From Flavobacteriales bacterium (lineage in GTDB: Bacteria > Bacteroidota > Bacteroidia > Flavobacteriales_F > PHOS-HE28), in NCBI GenBank assembly GCA_030584065.1, contig CP129489.1:1777497-1841496 (forward strand): DNA of 64,000 bases, in the 5' to 3' direction. Position 1 is the stretch's first letter. Every line of letters starts with the position of its first letter. Under the pieces are notes generated by a model. It ran no database searches. It saw only the letters and a list, made by a program, of their open reading frames with translations, and was not told where the DNA came from. Made by a program: the position numbers and the translations under genes. This document shows, piece after piece, positions 1 to 10,718 of this stretch.

Positions 1-357
1 GAAGGCGCCCGCTGTGGCGTTCCACTGCTGACGGGCGAGGGCCAGGACCACCTGGAAGTGGCGGTCGTCCGTGGCGAAGGAATCCGGGGCGGCATTGAAG
101 CGGGTGACCGTAGAGGTGCTGTCCCAGAGGCTCAGGCTGCGGTCGATGACGCGGAACAGGCTGTCCACCGGCATCGTGAGGTCGCGGCCCACCGAATCGA
201 GGTAGGTGATGCGGAACGTGGTGCCCTGCGCCTTGCCCTCCAGCGTGGACCACTCCGGCGCCCGCGTGCCGCACGCGGCCAATGCCAGGCCGAGCGCCAT
301 GAACGAAAAGCCCCGCGCGCGGCGGGACTTTCCGGTGCTCACCGGTACGGGCATCAT
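1..357 (-). CDS. apbE: FAD:protein FMN transferase ApbE (lipoprotein), N-terminal part; gene runs off the window
   Basis: Own translation of the minus strand gives [29 protein letters not shown], a lipobox signal, followed by LEGKAQGTTFRITYLD (the ApbE G-x-x-MGT motif). Start ATG overlaps the nqrF stop (ATGA) and lies downstream of nqrF as usual. Confidence 0.7.
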   Translation of the reverse strand, partial: MMPVPVSTGKSRRARGFSFMALGLALAACGTRAPEWSTLEGKAQGTTFRITYLDSVGRDLTMPVDSLFRVIDRSLSLWDSTSTVTRFNAAPDSFATDDRHFQVVLALARQQWNATAGAF

Positions 358-1661
358 CCGCCGAAGTCGTCGAAGCTCACGTTCTCCTTGGGTACGCCCC
401 AATCGTCCACCATCTTCAGCACGGCGGCGTTCATCATGGGCGGTCCGCAGAAGTAGAACTCGATGTCCTCGGGGGCCTCGTGCTTCTTCAGGTACTGGTC
501 GATCACGGCCTGGTGCACGAAGCCGGTGAAGCCATCGCCCTCGGCATCGTTGATGTCCTTCTTCACCTTCCAGTTGTCCTCGGGCAGGGGCTCGCTGAGC
601 ACCACGAAGAACTTGAAGTTCGGGAACTCGCGAGCGATGCTGTTGAAGTGCTCCAGGTAGAACAGCTCGCGCTTGCTTCGGCCGCCGTACCAGTAGGTCA
701 CCTTGCGGCCGCTCTTCAGCGTGTGGAAGAGGTGGAAGAGGTGCGAGCGCATGGGAGCCATGCCGGCACCGCCGCCGATGTAGAGCATCTCGGCGTTGGT
801 CTCCTTGATGAAGAACTCGCCGTAGGGTCCGCTGATGGTGACCTTGTCGCCGGGCTTGCGGCTGAAGACGTAGCTGGAGCAGATGCCGGGGTTCACGTCC
901 ATCCAGCCGTTCTTGGCACGGTCCCAGGGCGGGGTGGCGATGCGGATGTTCAGCATCACGATGTTGCCCTCGGCCGGGTGGTTGGCCATGGAGTAGGCGC
1001 GGAAGATGGGCTCGGGGTTCTTCATCTTCAGGTCCCAGAGCTTGTACTTGTCCCACTCGCCCTTGAAGTCCATGGGGTCGCGGCCCAGCGCCTGCAGCTC
1101 CGGGTGCGCGGTGATGTCCATGTCCTTGAAGTCCACCTCGCAGGGGGGCACATCGATCTGGATGTAGCCGCCGGCCTCGAAGTGCAGCGTCTCTCCGGGC
1201 GGCAGCTTCACCACGAACTCCTTGATGAAGCTGGCCACGTTGTAGTTCGAGACCACCTCGCACTCCCACTTCTTGATGCCGAAGATCTCCTCGGGCACCT
1301 TGATGTCCATGTCCTGCTTCACCTTCACCTGGCAGCCCAAGCGCCACTTGTCGGCGATGGCCTTGCGGCTGAAGTAGGGCGCCTCGGTGGGCAGGATCTC
1401 GCCGCCGCCCTCCAGCACCTGGCACTTGCACATGGCGCAGGTGCCGCCGCCGCCGCAGGCGCTGGGCAGGAAGATCTTCTGCTCGCTCAGGGTGCTGAGG
1501 AGGCTGCTTCCCGCGGCCACCTCGATGGTCTTCTCCCCGTTGATGCGGATCTTGACGAGCCCGCTCGGCGATAGCTTGGTCTTGGCGTAGAGGAGCACGC
1601 CGACGAGCAGCAGGGTGACGATCAGGAAGACCGCCAGGGTGATGAGGATGGTGGGACCCAT
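354..1661 (-). CDS. nqrF: Na+-translocating NADH:quinone oxidoreductase subunit F (2Fe-2S ferredoxin, FAD and NADH domains)
   Basis: 435-aa ORF with an N-terminal TM helix, the Cys cluster [12 protein letters not shown], and the ferredoxin-reductase fold. Confidence 0.93.
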   Translation of the reverse strand: MGPTILITLAVFLIVTLLLVGVLLYAKTKLSPSGLVKIRINGEKTIEVAAGSSLLSTLSEQKIFLPSACGGGGTCAMCKCQVLEGGGEILPTEAPYFSRKAIADKWRLGCQVKVKQDMDIKVPEEIFGIKKWECEVVSNYNVASFIKEFVVKLPPGETLHFEAGGYIQIDVPPCEVDFKDMDITAHPELQALGRDPMDFKGEWDKYKLWDLKMKNPEPIFRAYSMANHPAEGNIVMLNIRIATPPWDRAKNGWMDVNPGICSSYVFSRKPGDKVTISGPYGEFFIKETNAEMLYIGGGAGMAPMRSHLFHLFHTLKSGRKVTYWYGGRSKRELFYLEHFNSIAREFPNFKFFVVLSEPLPEDNWKVKKDINDAEGDGFTGFVHQAVIDQYLKKHEAPEDIEFYFCGPPMMNAAVLKMVDDWGVPKENVSFDDFGG

Positions 1662-1669
1662 GCTTCAGA

Positions 1670-2284
1670 TCAGATCTTGATGCCCATGAAGGCCATGAAG
1701 GCGATGCCCATGAGGCCGGTGAGGATGAAGGTGATGCCCAGCCCGCGCAGGGGCGCGGGGATGTCGCTGTAGCGGAGCTTCTCGCGGATGGCGGCGATGG
1801 CCACGATGGCGAGGAACCAGCCCACCCCGCTGCCCAGCGCGAAGCTGGTGGCCTCGGCGATGGTGCTGTACTGGCGCTCCTGCATGAAGAGCGCGCCACC
1901 CAGGATGGAGCAGTTCACCGCGATGAGCGGCAGGAAGATGCCGAGCGCGCCATAGAGCGCCGGCGCGAACTTCTCCACGATCATCTCCACGAGCTGCACG
2001 ATGGCGGCCACCACGGCGATGAACATGATGAAGGCGAGGAAGCTCAGGTCGATGTCGGCGAAGCCAGCGCCCAGCCAGCTCAGCGCGCCCTGCTTCAGCA
2101 CATAGTTCTCCAGCAGGTAGTTCACCGGCACGGTGACGCCCAGCACGAAGATCACCGCGGCTCCCAGGCCCACGGCCGTCTTCACCGTCTTGCTCACGGC
2201 GAGGTACGAGCACATGCCCAGGAAGTAGGCGAAGATCATGTTGTCGATGAAGATCGCCTTGACGAAGATGTTGACGAGGTTCAT
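1670..2284 (-). CDS. nqrE: Na+-NQR subunit E
   Basis: 204-aa polytopic membrane protein, NqrE/RnfA family, in its operon position. Confidence 0.9.
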   Translation of the reverse strand: MNLVNIFVKAIFIDNMIFAYFLGMCSYLAVSKTVKTAVGLGAAVIFVLGVTVPVNYLLENYVLKQGALSWLGAGFADIDLSFLAFIMFIAVVAAIVQLVEMIVEKFAPALYGALGIFLPLIAVNCSILGGALFMQERQYSTIAEATSFALGSGVGWFLAIVAIAAIREKLRYSDIPAPLRGLGITFILTGLMGIAFMAFMGIKI

Positions 2285-2296
2285 GGCGTGCTGGGG

Positions 2297-2974
2297 TTAG
2301 GCCTGCTCGATGAGCTTCGTGTTGCGGGAGCGCTGGATCCAGATGATGATGCCCACGATGACCAGCGCCATCGGGGGCAGGATCATCATGTTGTTGTTGA
2401 AGTAGCCCCCGCCGGCCGTGGCGTACCACGCCTCGGGGATGATGCGGAGCCCCATGATGCTGCCGTTGCCGAAGAGCTCGCGGAAGAAGGCCACCACCAC
2501 CAGGATCCACGCATAGCCCAGTGAATTGCCGAGGCCGTCGAGCGCGCTGGGCCACACCTTGTTGCCCATGGCGAAGGCCTCGTAGCGGCCCATGAGGATG
2601 CAGTTGGTGATGATGAGGCCCACGTAAACGCCCACCTGCTTGCTCACGTCGTACACATAGGCCTTCAGCACGATGTCCACCAGCGTCACCAGGCCGGCGG
2701 CGATCACCAGCTGGGCGATGATGCGGATGCGGCCCGGGATCATGTTGCGCAGGGCGCTGATCACCATGTTGCCCACCACCACCACGGCCAGCACGCTAAG
2801 GCTCATCACCACGGCGTTCTGCACCTTCACGGTGATGGCCAGCGCCGAGCAGATGCCGAGCACCTGCACGGTAATGGGGTTGTTGTCGTTGAGGGGGTCG
2901 GTGATGAGCTTCCGGTTCTTCTTGCTGAAGAGCCCTTCGCTCGCCTTGGCGGGTGCTGCGGTGGCGGTGCTCAT
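2297..2974 (-). CDS. nqrD: Na+-NQR subunit D
   Basis: 225-aa membrane protein, NqrD/RnfE-like; overlaps the nqrC stop by 4 nt. Confidence 0.9.
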   Translation of the reverse strand: MSTATAAPAKASEGLFSKKNRKLITDPLNDNNPITVQVLGICSALAITVKVQNAVVMSLSVLAVVVVGNMVISALRNMIPGRIRIIAQLVIAAGLVTLVDIVLKAYVYDVSKQVGVYVGLIITNCILMGRYEAFAMGNKVWPSALDGLGNSLGYAWILVVVAFFRELFGNGSIMGLRIIPEAWYATAGGGYFNNNMMILPPMALVIVGIIIWIQRSRNTKLIEQA

Positions 2975-3774
2975 GGGTTGACGGAGGTTGTGAGGGTGGT
3001 ATCGGCGGCGAGGCTGTCGGCCACGATGGGCTCGGCCACCGGTGGCGGCGGCGGCGCCACCACGGATTTCAGGTACTTGTCATAGGTGGCCAGCGTGCGC
3101 AGCAGCATCTCGCTCACGCCATCGCTGGTGATGGTGCCGCCGCTGATCCCGTCCACGCCATGCGGGTCGGTGGTGCCGGTGCCGCCCTTGTACACCTTGA
3201 TGCCGGCGTAGCTCCCGTCCTCCTCGGTGAAGGTCTTACCGGGGAACTGGCCGGTGAAGACCGGGGTGGCGATTTCCGCGCCCAGGCCGGGGGTCTCGCC
3301 CTTGTGGTCGAAGGTGCTGCCGAACACGGTGCGGCCATCGCTCTCCACGCTCAGGTAGCCCCAGATGGGCCCCCAGAGGCCCGTGCCCACCACCGGCAGC
3401 ACGAAGAGCTCATTGCCTTCAGCGGTAGCCTTGTACACCGGGTACTTCAGGTCCTCGGCCTTCAGCACGCCGGCCTTCCAGTCCTTGTACTGCTTCAGCA
3501 CGTCGAGGCTGAAGGCATCGCCTTCCACGGGCTTCCCCTCCGCATCCACGAGCAGGGTCTCCTTCACCAGCTCCTGGTACTTGGCGGGCGCGGCATCGCG
3601 CTCCACCTTCACGTTCATGCTGGCGAGGATGTTCTGCATCTTCTCGCGCCGCACGTTCTCATCGTAGGCGGGCTTCAGCGCCAGGAAGGTCACCGCCAGC
3701 AGGGTGCCCACCACCACCACCAGCACGGTGGCGAAGATGAAGGTGAACGAGTTGCTGTTCTTGTCGAAGGCCAT
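2971..3774 (-). CDS. nqrC: Na+-NQR subunit C (FMN-binding)
   Basis: 267 aa, single N-terminal TM helix plus a periplasmic FMN-binding domain (motif ...GISGGTITSDGV...). Confidence 0.9.
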   Translation of the reverse strand: MAFDKNSNSFTFIFATVLVVVVGTLLAVTFLALKPAYDENVRREKMQNILASMNVKVERDAAPAKYQELVKETLLVDAEGKPVEGDAFSLDVLKQYKDWKAGVLKAEDLKYPVYKATAEGNELFVLPVVGTGLWGPIWGYLSVESDGRTVFGSTFDHKGETPGLGAEIATPVFTGQFPGKTFTEEDGSYAGIKVYKGGTGTTDPHGVDGISGGTITSDGVSEMLLRTLATYDKYLKSVVAPPPPPVAEPIVADSLAADTTLTTSVNP

Positions 3775-3783
3775 GGCGTTCGG

Positions 3784-4974
3784 TTAGGCGGTTTGCAGGG
3801 CGGCAGCGCGCTTCAGGCGGCGCTTCACATTGGCCTGCACCACGTAGTGATCGATGAGCGGTGCCATCACATTCATGAACAGGATCGCCAGCATCATGCC
3901 CTCGGGGTAGGCCGGGTTCACCACCCGGATGAGGATGGCCATGGCGCCGATGAGGAAGCCATAGATCCACTTGCCGGTGTTGGTCTGTGCGGCGGTCACC
4001 GGGTCGGTGGCCATGAACACCAGGCCGAACATGAAGCTGCCGAGCATGAGCTGGTGCAGCACGGGAATCTGCATGTAGGCGTTGCCCAGCGAGGGGCCCA
4101 CCAGGTTGAAGAGGCTGCTCATGGCCGCACCGCCCAGGAACACGCTGAGCATGATGCGCCAGCTGCCGATGCCCGTGAGCAGCAGGATGGCCGCGCCGAT
4201 GAGGCAGGCGAAGGCGCTGGTCTCACCGATGCTGCCGGCTTCGAAGCCCCAGAAACTGTCCAGCATGGGCACCACGCCCGCCATGTTGCCCGACGCCGCA
4301 TGCCCCAGCGAGGTAGCGCCGCTGAAGCCATCCACAACGGCCTGGCCGGGCTCCAGCGCGGTGTTCACCCACACCTTATCGCCGCTCATCATGGTGGGAT
4401 AAGCGAAGAAGAGGAAGGCGCGCGCGGTGAGCGCCACGTTGAGGATGTTCATGCCCGTGCCGCCGAAGACCTCCTTGCCGATCACTACCGCAAAGGCGGC
4501 GCCCACGGCCACCATCCAGAGCGGGGTGTCCACCGGCATCACCAGGGGGATGAGCATGCCGCTCACCAGGTAGCCTTCCTGGATGGGGTGCCCCTTGATG
4601 CTGGTGAAGAGGAACTCGATGCCCAGGCCCACGCCGTAGCTCACCACCACGATGGGCAGCACCTTGATGGCGCCGAAGAGGAACTTGTCCCAGAAGCCCT
4701 CGCCCGCCTGGGTGAACTCGCCCAAGGCCAGGAAGTGCTGGTGCCCCACGTTCCACATGCCGAAGAGCAGGCACGGGAGCATGGCGGTGATCACGATGCT
4801 CATGGTCCGCTTCAGGTCGATGCCATCGCGGATGTGGGCCCCCTTCTCCGTGGCGTGGCCGGGGGTGAAGAGGAAGGTCTCCAGGCCGTCGAAGACCCAA
4901 TGCAGCTTCTCGAGCTTGCCCCCCTTGCTGAAGGCGGGCTTCATGCCATCGACCAGGTTGCGCAGTGCTTTCAC
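3784..4974 (-). CDS. nqrB: Na+-NQR subunit B
   Basis: 396-aa polytopic protein, NqrB/RnfD family (GxSLGHAASG-like region). Confidence 0.9.
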   Translation of the reverse strand: MKALRNLVDGMKPAFSKGGKLEKLHWVFDGLETFLFTPGHATEKGAHIRDGIDLKRTMSIVITAMLPCLLFGMWNVGHQHFLALGEFTQAGEGFWDKFLFGAIKVLPIVVVSYGVGLGIEFLFTSIKGHPIQEGYLVSGMLIPLVMPVDTPLWMVAVGAAFAVVIGKEVFGGTGMNILNVALTARAFLFFAYPTMMSGDKVWVNTALEPGQAVVDGFSGATSLGHAASGNMAGVVPMLDSFWGFEAGSIGETSAFACLIGAAILLLTGIGSWRIMLSVFLGGAAMSSLFNLVGPSLGNAYMQIPVLHQLMLGSFMFGLVFMATDPVTAAQTNTGKWIYGFLIGAMAILIRVVNPAYPEGMMLAILFMNVMAPLIDHYVVQANVKRRLKRAAALQTA

Positions 4975-4986
4975 GTCGGCAGCGGC

Positions 4987-6375
4987 TTAGGTGGTTTCCT
5001 TCTTCAGGGCATCGAGGCCATCGCGCACGATGCTCTGGCTGTTGATCTTGCTGGTGCACACGAACTCGCAAAGGGCGAAGTCCTCGGGCGCCACTTCGTA
5101 AAGCCCCAGCTTCTCCATTTGTTCGATGTCGTTCACCAGGATGGCCTTCAGCAGATGCACCGGGTAGATGTCGAAGGGGAACACCTTCTCGTACTGGCCG
5201 CTCATCACGAAGGCCCGCTCCTCGCCGTTCTGGTTGGTGTCGGGGGCGAACTTCTTGCCCGGCATCAGCCAGGTGGGGAAGCTGCGGTTGGCGCTGAACT
5301 TGTCGAAGCCGGGCGCCGCCCAGCCGTCGGTGATGAAGAACTTGGGCTGGTCGCCCTCGGGAAGCTGGGTCACCTGGGTGTGGTAGAAGCCCAAGAAGCC
5401 GTCGGGGCCCACGTTGTCGCCCGTGAGGCAGTTGCCGCTGATCACGCGCACCTTGCCCTCCACAGCGCCCACGATGTCCTTCATCGGCGCGCCGATAACG
5501 GTGCGCACGTACCGCGGGTTGCGCGCCTCACTGCCCGTTACGGCCACGGTGCGCGAGGCATCGTATCGGCCCTGCCGGAAGAGGCGGCCGATGAGGATCA
5601 CGTCCTGCACGCTCACCGTCCATGCCACCTCGCCCTTGTTGATGGGGCTGATGTGGTGGATCTGTACGCCCACGTTGCCGGCGGGGTGCGGGCCGCTGAA
5701 GGTGTGGCGCACCACGCCCTTGGCATCGAGGAACTCGCGCGCCGCCGTCTTATCGCTCACGCTCAGGTGCACCTTGCCCTTGGTGAGCTTGGCCAGGGCA
5801 TCGAGGCCCGTCTGGAAGTCGGCGCCGTGGTTGCGCACCACCAGGTCCTGGTCAGGCGCCAGCGGATTCGTATCGAAGCCCGAGATGAAGATGGCCTTCG
5901 GTTCGTGCGCGGGATTGGCCACCACATCGAAGGGGCGCTGCTTGATCACCGGCCATGCGCCGCTCTTCAGCAGCTTCTGCACGATGGTCTCGCGGTTCAT
6001 GCTGGCCGGGTCGCCGCTGCCGAAATCCTCGTAGCGCGTCTGTGCATCGGCCAGCACGCGCACCTCCAGCACCTTGCGCTTCTCGCCACGGATCACCTCG
6101 GCCACCTCGCCGCTCACCGGGCTGGTCCACAGCACCCGGTCATTGTACTTGTCGGCGAAGAGCGCGGAGCCGGCCTGCACGGCGTCGCCGGGCTTCACCA
6201 GTACCTTGGGCACCAAGCCATGGAAATCGGTCGGTTTGATCGCGATGACCTTCGCGGGTTCCGCCTGCACAAGGACCTTCTCGGCTTCGCCCCTCAGGCG
6301 GATGTCGAGTCCTTTGCGGATCCGGACGATGTTCGGCATGTTTGCAAACCCTCCCTTCCCGAAAGGGCGCGGCAA
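4987..6375 (-). CDS. nqrA: Na+-NQR subunit A
   Basis: 462-aa soluble NqrA-like protein, first gene of the nqrABCDEF operon. Confidence 0.9.
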   Translation of the reverse strand: MPRPFGKGGFANMPNIVRIRKGLDIRLRGEAEKVLVQAEPAKVIAIKPTDFHGLVPKVLVKPGDAVQAGSALFADKYNDRVLWTSPVSGEVAEVIRGEKRKVLEVRVLADAQTRYEDFGSGDPASMNRETIVQKLLKSGAWPVIKQRPFDVVANPAHEPKAIFISGFDTNPLAPDQDLVVRNHGADFQTGLDALAKLTKGKVHLSVSDKTAAREFLDAKGVVRHTFSGPHPAGNVGVQIHHISPINKGEVAWTVSVQDVILIGRLFRQGRYDASRTVAVTGSEARNPRYVRTVIGAPMKDIVGAVEGKVRVISGNCLTGDNVGPDGFLGFYHTQVTQLPEGDQPKFFITDGWAAPGFDKFSANRSFPTWLMPGKKFAPDTNQNGEERAFVMSGQYEKVFPFDIYPVHLLKAILVNDIEQMEKLGLYEVAPEDFALCEFVCTSKINSQSIVRDGLDALKKETT

Positions 6376-6420
6376 ATGTATGAACGGAACGTTTCGCGGT
6401 ACGAACGCCGAAAATCCTTG

Positions 6421-7755
6421 ATGGGCGCGGGATTCATGTGCATACCGACCCTCGTGGCGCTCGCTCTCATCCTACCCGCATGCGCGGGAACGGCCCCCAC
6501 CGCAGGCGCTGCGCCCGCACCCGAGGAGCCTCCTTACTGGCCCCCCAGCGAGCCGGTGGCCGAGGACCGCATCTACTCCCCCACCATCCGCACCGTCCAG
6601 CTCTTCAAGGCGGGGTTCGAGCTGGCTCCGCCCGTGATCGAGCTCGGCGGCAACGACCAGGTGGTGCTCCGCTTCGACGACCTCGCTCCCACCGTGGAGG
6701 ACCTCTCCTACACCCTGGTGCATTGCGACCACTTGTGGCAGCCCACCGACCTGCAGCCTGGGCAGTACCTGGAGGGCGCCACCAACGCCTACCTCCCCGC
6801 TGGGCGCACCAGCTACAACACCCTGCAGCCCTTCATCCACTACGAGCTCGCCCTCCCCAACGCCGACATGCGGCCCGCACGCAGCGGCAACTACCTCCTC
6901 AAGGTGTACCGCGGCGGTGACGAGGAAGACCTTGTGCTCACCCGCCGCCTCCTCGTCTTCGAGCCCCGTGCCACCATCGATGCGCGCATCATGGCCACGC
7001 GCCAGGTGGACCTGCGCGATGTGGCACAGCAGCTCGACTTCACCGTGAACACCAATACCCTGCCCGTGCAGGATCCCTTCGGCGAGGTGCATGTGACCCT
7101 GCTGCAGAACATGCGCTGGCACGATGCCCGCACCGGTGCACAGCCCCGATTCGTGCGCGGCACCGAGCTGGTTTACGACTTCCCGGCACAGGGCCTCTTC
7201 ATGGCCGGTAACGAGTACCGCAACTTCGATGCGAAGGACCTGCGCTTCACCACCAACCGCATCCGCCGCATCGCGCCCGGCCTGGGCGAGCGCATCTATG
7301 AGGTGTGGCTGCTGCCCGAATCGCGCCGCAGCATCCGGCGCTACAACACCCTGCAGGACCTCAACGGGCGCTACCTGGTGCGCAACGACCAGGTGGACGG
7401 TGACCCCCTCGGTGCCGACTACGTGAACGTGCACTTCGCGCTGCCCATGGAGGCGCCGTTGATGCAGGAGGTGTATGTGTACGGCCAGCTCACGGACTGG
7501 CAATGCCGGCCTGAGCACCGGATGGCCTGGAGCCCCGCTGACAGCGCCTACACCGCAACCCTGCTCCTGAAGCAGGGCTTCTACGACTTCAGCTTCGTCA
7601 CCCTGCCGCGCGGCGAGCAGGTGCCCGACATCACCGCCATCGAAGGCAGCCATTTCGAGACGGAGAACGACTACCTCGTACTCGTGTACTTCACCGACCG
7701 CATGCAGCGCTGCGACCGGCTGGTGGGCGTGCGCTTCGTGAACAGCCGCCGGTAG
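6421..7755 (+). CDS. DUF5103-type lipoprotein (T9SS plug-like protein family)
   Basis: Real C-terminal part of the long track ORF. ATG at 6421, lipoprotein signal ...LILPACAGT, about 444 aa. Family assignment is from memory of Bacteroidota DUF5103 proteins. Confidence 0.55.
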   Translation: MGAGFMCIPTLVALALILPACAGTAPTAGAAPAPEEPPYWPPSEPVAEDRIYSPTIRTVQLFKAGFELAPPVIELGGNDQVVLRFDDLAPTVEDLSYTLVHCDHLWQPTDLQPGQYLEGATNAYLPAGRTSYNTLQPFIHYELALPNADMRPARSGNYLLKVYRGGDEEDLVLTRRLLVFEPRATIDARIMATRQVDLRDVAQQLDFTVNTNTLPVQDPFGEVHVTLLQNMRWHDARTGAQPRFVRGTELVYDFPAQGLFMAGNEYRNFDAKDLRFTTNRIRRIAPGLGERIYEVWLLPESRRSIRRYNTLQDLNGRYLVRNDQVDGDPLGADYVNVHFALPMEAPLMQEVYVYGQLTDWQCRPEHRMAWSPADSAYTATLLLKQGFYDFSFVTLPRGEQVPDITAIEGSHFETENDYLVLVYFTDRMQRCDRLVGVRFVNSRR

Positions 7756-7851
7756 GCGCCGCAACCGTCCGGCAGGTCGCACCGCCCCGTGCACGGCTTG
7801 TGCGGACAGGCCTGCGATCGCATTAGCTTCTGGCCCGTGACCTTGACGGGA

Positions 7852-8229
7852 ATGATGGCGATCCCCAAGACCCCCTGCCCGGTGCGCGGCCTGGTACCGT
7901 GGGGCCAGGGCATCTGGCCCATCGTGTGGCGCGGGCCGCACCCTGTGCTCGGCTGGATCTACACCATACACGAGAAGCCCGAGCACGGCCCCTTGCAGGT
8001 GCACTGGAACGTGAGCCAGGCCGACATCGTGCGGGCCATGGAGGCCTTCGCCGCCTTCAAGCCGCACCAGCGCGTGCCGCTGGGGCCCACCGCTCACGGC
8101 CGCATCGTTGCGCGCAAGTGGAGCTTCGAGCGCGGCAGCTTCTTCTACCTCATCCAAGGCGCGCGTGCCGGCAGCCAGTGGAGCGTTGAGCAGAGCGAGC
8201 TGCTGCAGCGCGTGCAGCGCTTGGGGTGA
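7852..8229 (+). CDS. hypothetical protein
   Basis: ORF with codon usage like its neighbours and no recognisable motif. Start chosen at the internal MMAIPK. Confidence 0.35.
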   Translation: MMAIPKTPCPVRGLVPWGQGIWPIVWRGPHPVLGWIYTIHEKPEHGPLQVHWNVSQADIVRAMEAFAAFKPHQRVPLGPTAHGRIVARKWSFERGSFFYLIQGARAGSQWSVEQSELLQRVQRLG

Positions 8230-8352
8230 GCGCGCCGAGGCGCATGGCACGCGCACGGATGCGCTGAACGCGCCGCACCGTGGACCATGGCGCCACGCCG
8301 AGCCCCATCCCTGAAGGACCGGCCGCGGAACGCGCGGTAACTTGTTCCCCGC

Positions 8353-9867
8353 ATGCTCAATGCCTTCCCCATCGAGGAGCTCCTCTTCCTGTGCGCGGTG
8401 CTGCTGCTCGGCAGCATCATGGCCAGCAAGACCAGCGGGCGGCTGGGCGTGCCGTCGCTGCTGCTCTTCCTGGGCGTTGGCATGCTGGTGGGCAGCGACG
8501 GGTTGGGCTGGGTGCACTTCGACGATCCGAGGCAGGCTCAGCTCATCGGCAACATCGCACTCATCTTCATCCTATTCAGCGGCGGGCTCGATACGCGGTG
8601 GGACAGCATCCGACCCGTGCTGCGGCAAGGCATGGTGCTCTCCACCTTCGGGGTGGTGGTGACGGCGGTGGTGGTGGGGCTGCTGGTGCCCTGGATCACG
8701 CCCTTGGGCTGGAAGGAGGGGCTGCTGCTGGGCGCCATCATCAGCAGCACCGATGCGCCGGCGGTATTCACCATCCTGCGCTCCAAGGGCGTGGGTCTGC
8801 GCGGCAACCTGCGGCCGCTGCTGGAGCTGGAGAGCGGCAGCAACGACCCCATGGCCTACCTGCTCACGACGGCAGCGCTGCAGCTATTCACGCTGGATGC
8901 CGAGGGCATCAGCTACTGGGCGCTGGGCGGAATGCTGCTGCAGCAGATGGTGATCGGGGCCTTGGCGGGCTGGGCCATGGGCATGCTCACCACGCGCGTC
9001 GTGAACCGCGTGCAACTCGATTTCGACGGGCTCTACCCCGTGCTGCTGATGGCGATGGTGCTGCTCACCTATGCAGGCACCCAGCTCATCGGCGGCAACG
9101 GCTTCCTGGCGGTGTACCTGGCCGGCATCGTTCTGGGCAACCGCAACTTCATCCACAAGAAGAGCCTTGTGCGCTTCTTCGACGGGCAGGCCTGGATCGT
9201 GCAGATCGGCATGTTCCTCGTGCTGGGGCTGCTGGTCTTCCCCAAGCAACTGGTGCCGGTGATGGTGCCGGGGCTGCTGGTGAGCCTGGTGCTCATGTTC
9301 GTGGCTCGGCCCATTGCCGTGCTCCTCTCGCTGCTCCCGTTCCGCACCACCTGGGCCAAGCGCGCCATGATCGGCTGGGTGGGCCTGCGCGGCGCAGTGC
9401 CCATCGTGCTGGCCACCTATCCCATGGTGATGGGCATCGACGGCGCGGCCTACATCTTCAACATCGTGTTCTTCATCGTGCTCACCTCGGTGGCCATCCA
9501 GGGCACCACACTGCCGCTGGTGGCGCGCTGGCTCAATGTGCACCGGCCCGAGGAGTCGCGCCCGCGAACGGCGCTGGAGGTGGAGATCAGCCCCGAGGCG
9601 CGCGGGGTGCCCCATGTGCTGGAGGTGCCCGTGGGCAGCGCCGCAGTGGGCCTGCCCGTGCTGCGGCTGGGACTGCCGCGCGGGACGCTCATCACCATGG
9701 TGAAGCGCGACAGCGGCTTCATCGCGCCCAGCGGATCGACCGTGGTGCTGGGCGGCGACCGGCTGGTGGTGCTCGCCCGCACCCCTGAGCTGCTCGATGA
9801 GCCGGTGGCCCGACTGGGCCTTGTCCCACTGGGGCCCGTGCAGGCCGCTGTGCCCGGTGCCGCCTAG
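8353..9867 (+). CDS. nhaP2: K+/H+ antiporter NhaP2 (CPA1 family) with C-terminal TrkA-C/RCK_C domain
   Basis: 504 aa with about 12 TM helices and a soluble C-terminal domain; typical NhaP2 N-terminus MLNAFPIEELLFL.... Confidence 0.85.
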   Translation: MLNAFPIEELLFLCAVLLLGSIMASKTSGRLGVPSLLLFLGVGMLVGSDGLGWVHFDDPRQAQLIGNIALIFILFSGGLDTRWDSIRPVLRQGMVLSTFGVVVTAVVVGLLVPWITPLGWKEGLLLGAIISSTDAPAVFTILRSKGVGLRGNLRPLLELESGSNDPMAYLLTTAALQLFTLDAEGISYWALGGMLLQQMVIGALAGWAMGMLTTRVVNRVQLDFDGLYPVLLMAMVLLTYAGTQLIGGNGFLAVYLAGIVLGNRNFIHKKSLVRFFDGQAWIVQIGMFLVLGLLVFPKQLVPVMVPGLLVSLVLMFVARPIAVLLSLLPFRTTWAKRAMIGWVGLRGAVPIVLATYPMVMGIDGAAYIFNIVFFIVLTSVAIQGTTLPLVARWLNVHRPEESRPRTALEVEISPEARGVPHVLEVPVGSAAVGLPVLRLGLPRGTLITMVKRDSGFIAPSGSTVVLGGDRLVVLARTPELLDEPVARLGLVPLGPVQAAVPGAA

Positions 9868-10718
9868 CCGATGCGCTCGAATCGCAGCAGGTTGGGCCGC
9901 TGGTCCTTGCCCTCGTTGCTGATGAGCAGCGCACCGCCCGGCAGGAAGGTGATGCCCTCGGGCTTGGGGAAGAGCGCGGCATCGAGCACATGCAGCGCCA
10001 CCACCGCGCCGGCACGGTCAACCACCAGCAGCGTGCGGTCAATGGCGCTGAGCAGGTAGTAGTGGTCGCTCACGGGATCGACCGCCACGGAACTGAAGCG
10101 CAGCTTGAGCGCTGGCACCGTGCGCCCCTTGGGCGTCACGCGCTCGGGCACGGCGAATCCCTTGGCCCGCGCCTGTTCGGCGATGCGCTCCAGGGAGAGT
10201 TCCAGCACCGGCTGCTCCAGCAGGCGCTGCGCGACCGGATCGTAGGCATGGATGGCGCGGCGGTCGCGCGCCTCGGGCCCGCCCTTCTCAACGCCCTTGG
10301 GGCTGATGAGGATGAGGCCCTTGCGCTCATCGTAGCCGAGCCCCTCCAGATTGGGCTGCGGCAGCTGCACACGGAAGGTGTCGAGCACAGTCATCGCCAG
10401 GTGGCCCATGGCCATGCGGTAGATGAGGCCGTCGCTGCGCAGCGCATAGTACTCGCCGCCCACCCGGGTGAGGCCCTCCATGTCGCCCGGCTCGCCGAAG
10501 GCCCGACGGCCGGCGATAGCGCCCGTGGCCAGGTCGATCAGGTAAACGGTTGCGGCTTCATCGTGCAGGCAGGCCACGGTGCGCGCATCCACATCGGTGA
10601 GGGCGCTCACCTCAACCAGCTCGGCAGGCAGCGCGTGCCGACGGTCGGGGTGCGCGAGATCGAAGGGCTGCGCAGCGGCGAAGAGGGGCGCCAGCAGGGC
10701 GATGATCAGCGGTCGCAT
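9864..10718 (-). CDS. SdiA-regulated/YjiK-like beta-propeller protein (secreted)
   Basis: Signal peptide MRPLIIALLAPLFAAAQ; repeated motifs DMEGL and PEGITF typical of the SdiA-regulated family. Convergent 4-nt overlap with nhaP2. Confidence 0.55.
   Translation of the reverse strand: MRPLIIALLAPLFAAAQPFDLAHPDRRHALPAELVEVSALTDVDARTVACLHDEAATVYLIDLATGAIAGRRAFGEPGDMEGLTRVGGEYYALRSDGLIYRMAMGHLAMTVLDTFRVQLPQPNLEGLGYDERKGLILISPKGVEKGGPEARDRRAIHAYDPVAQRLLEQPVLELSLERIAEQARAKGFAVPERVTPKGRTVPALKLRFSSVAVDPVSDHYYLLSAIDRTLLVVDRAGAVVALHVLDAALFPKPEGITFLPGGALLISNEGKDQRPNLLRFERIG

Noticed and set aside
2953-7755. 1600-aa plus-strand ORF spanning the nqr operon, and similar giant ORFs (480..1574 +, 6472..8517 -, 34486..38295 -, 38768..40576 -, 31095..32924 +, 60856..63009 +)
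   Set aside because: They run antisense to, or overlap, strongly supported genes. Their translations are Arg/Ala/Gly/His-rich low-complexity sequence typical of GC-rich non-coding frames. Only the 3' part (6421..7755) of the first one is a real gene.
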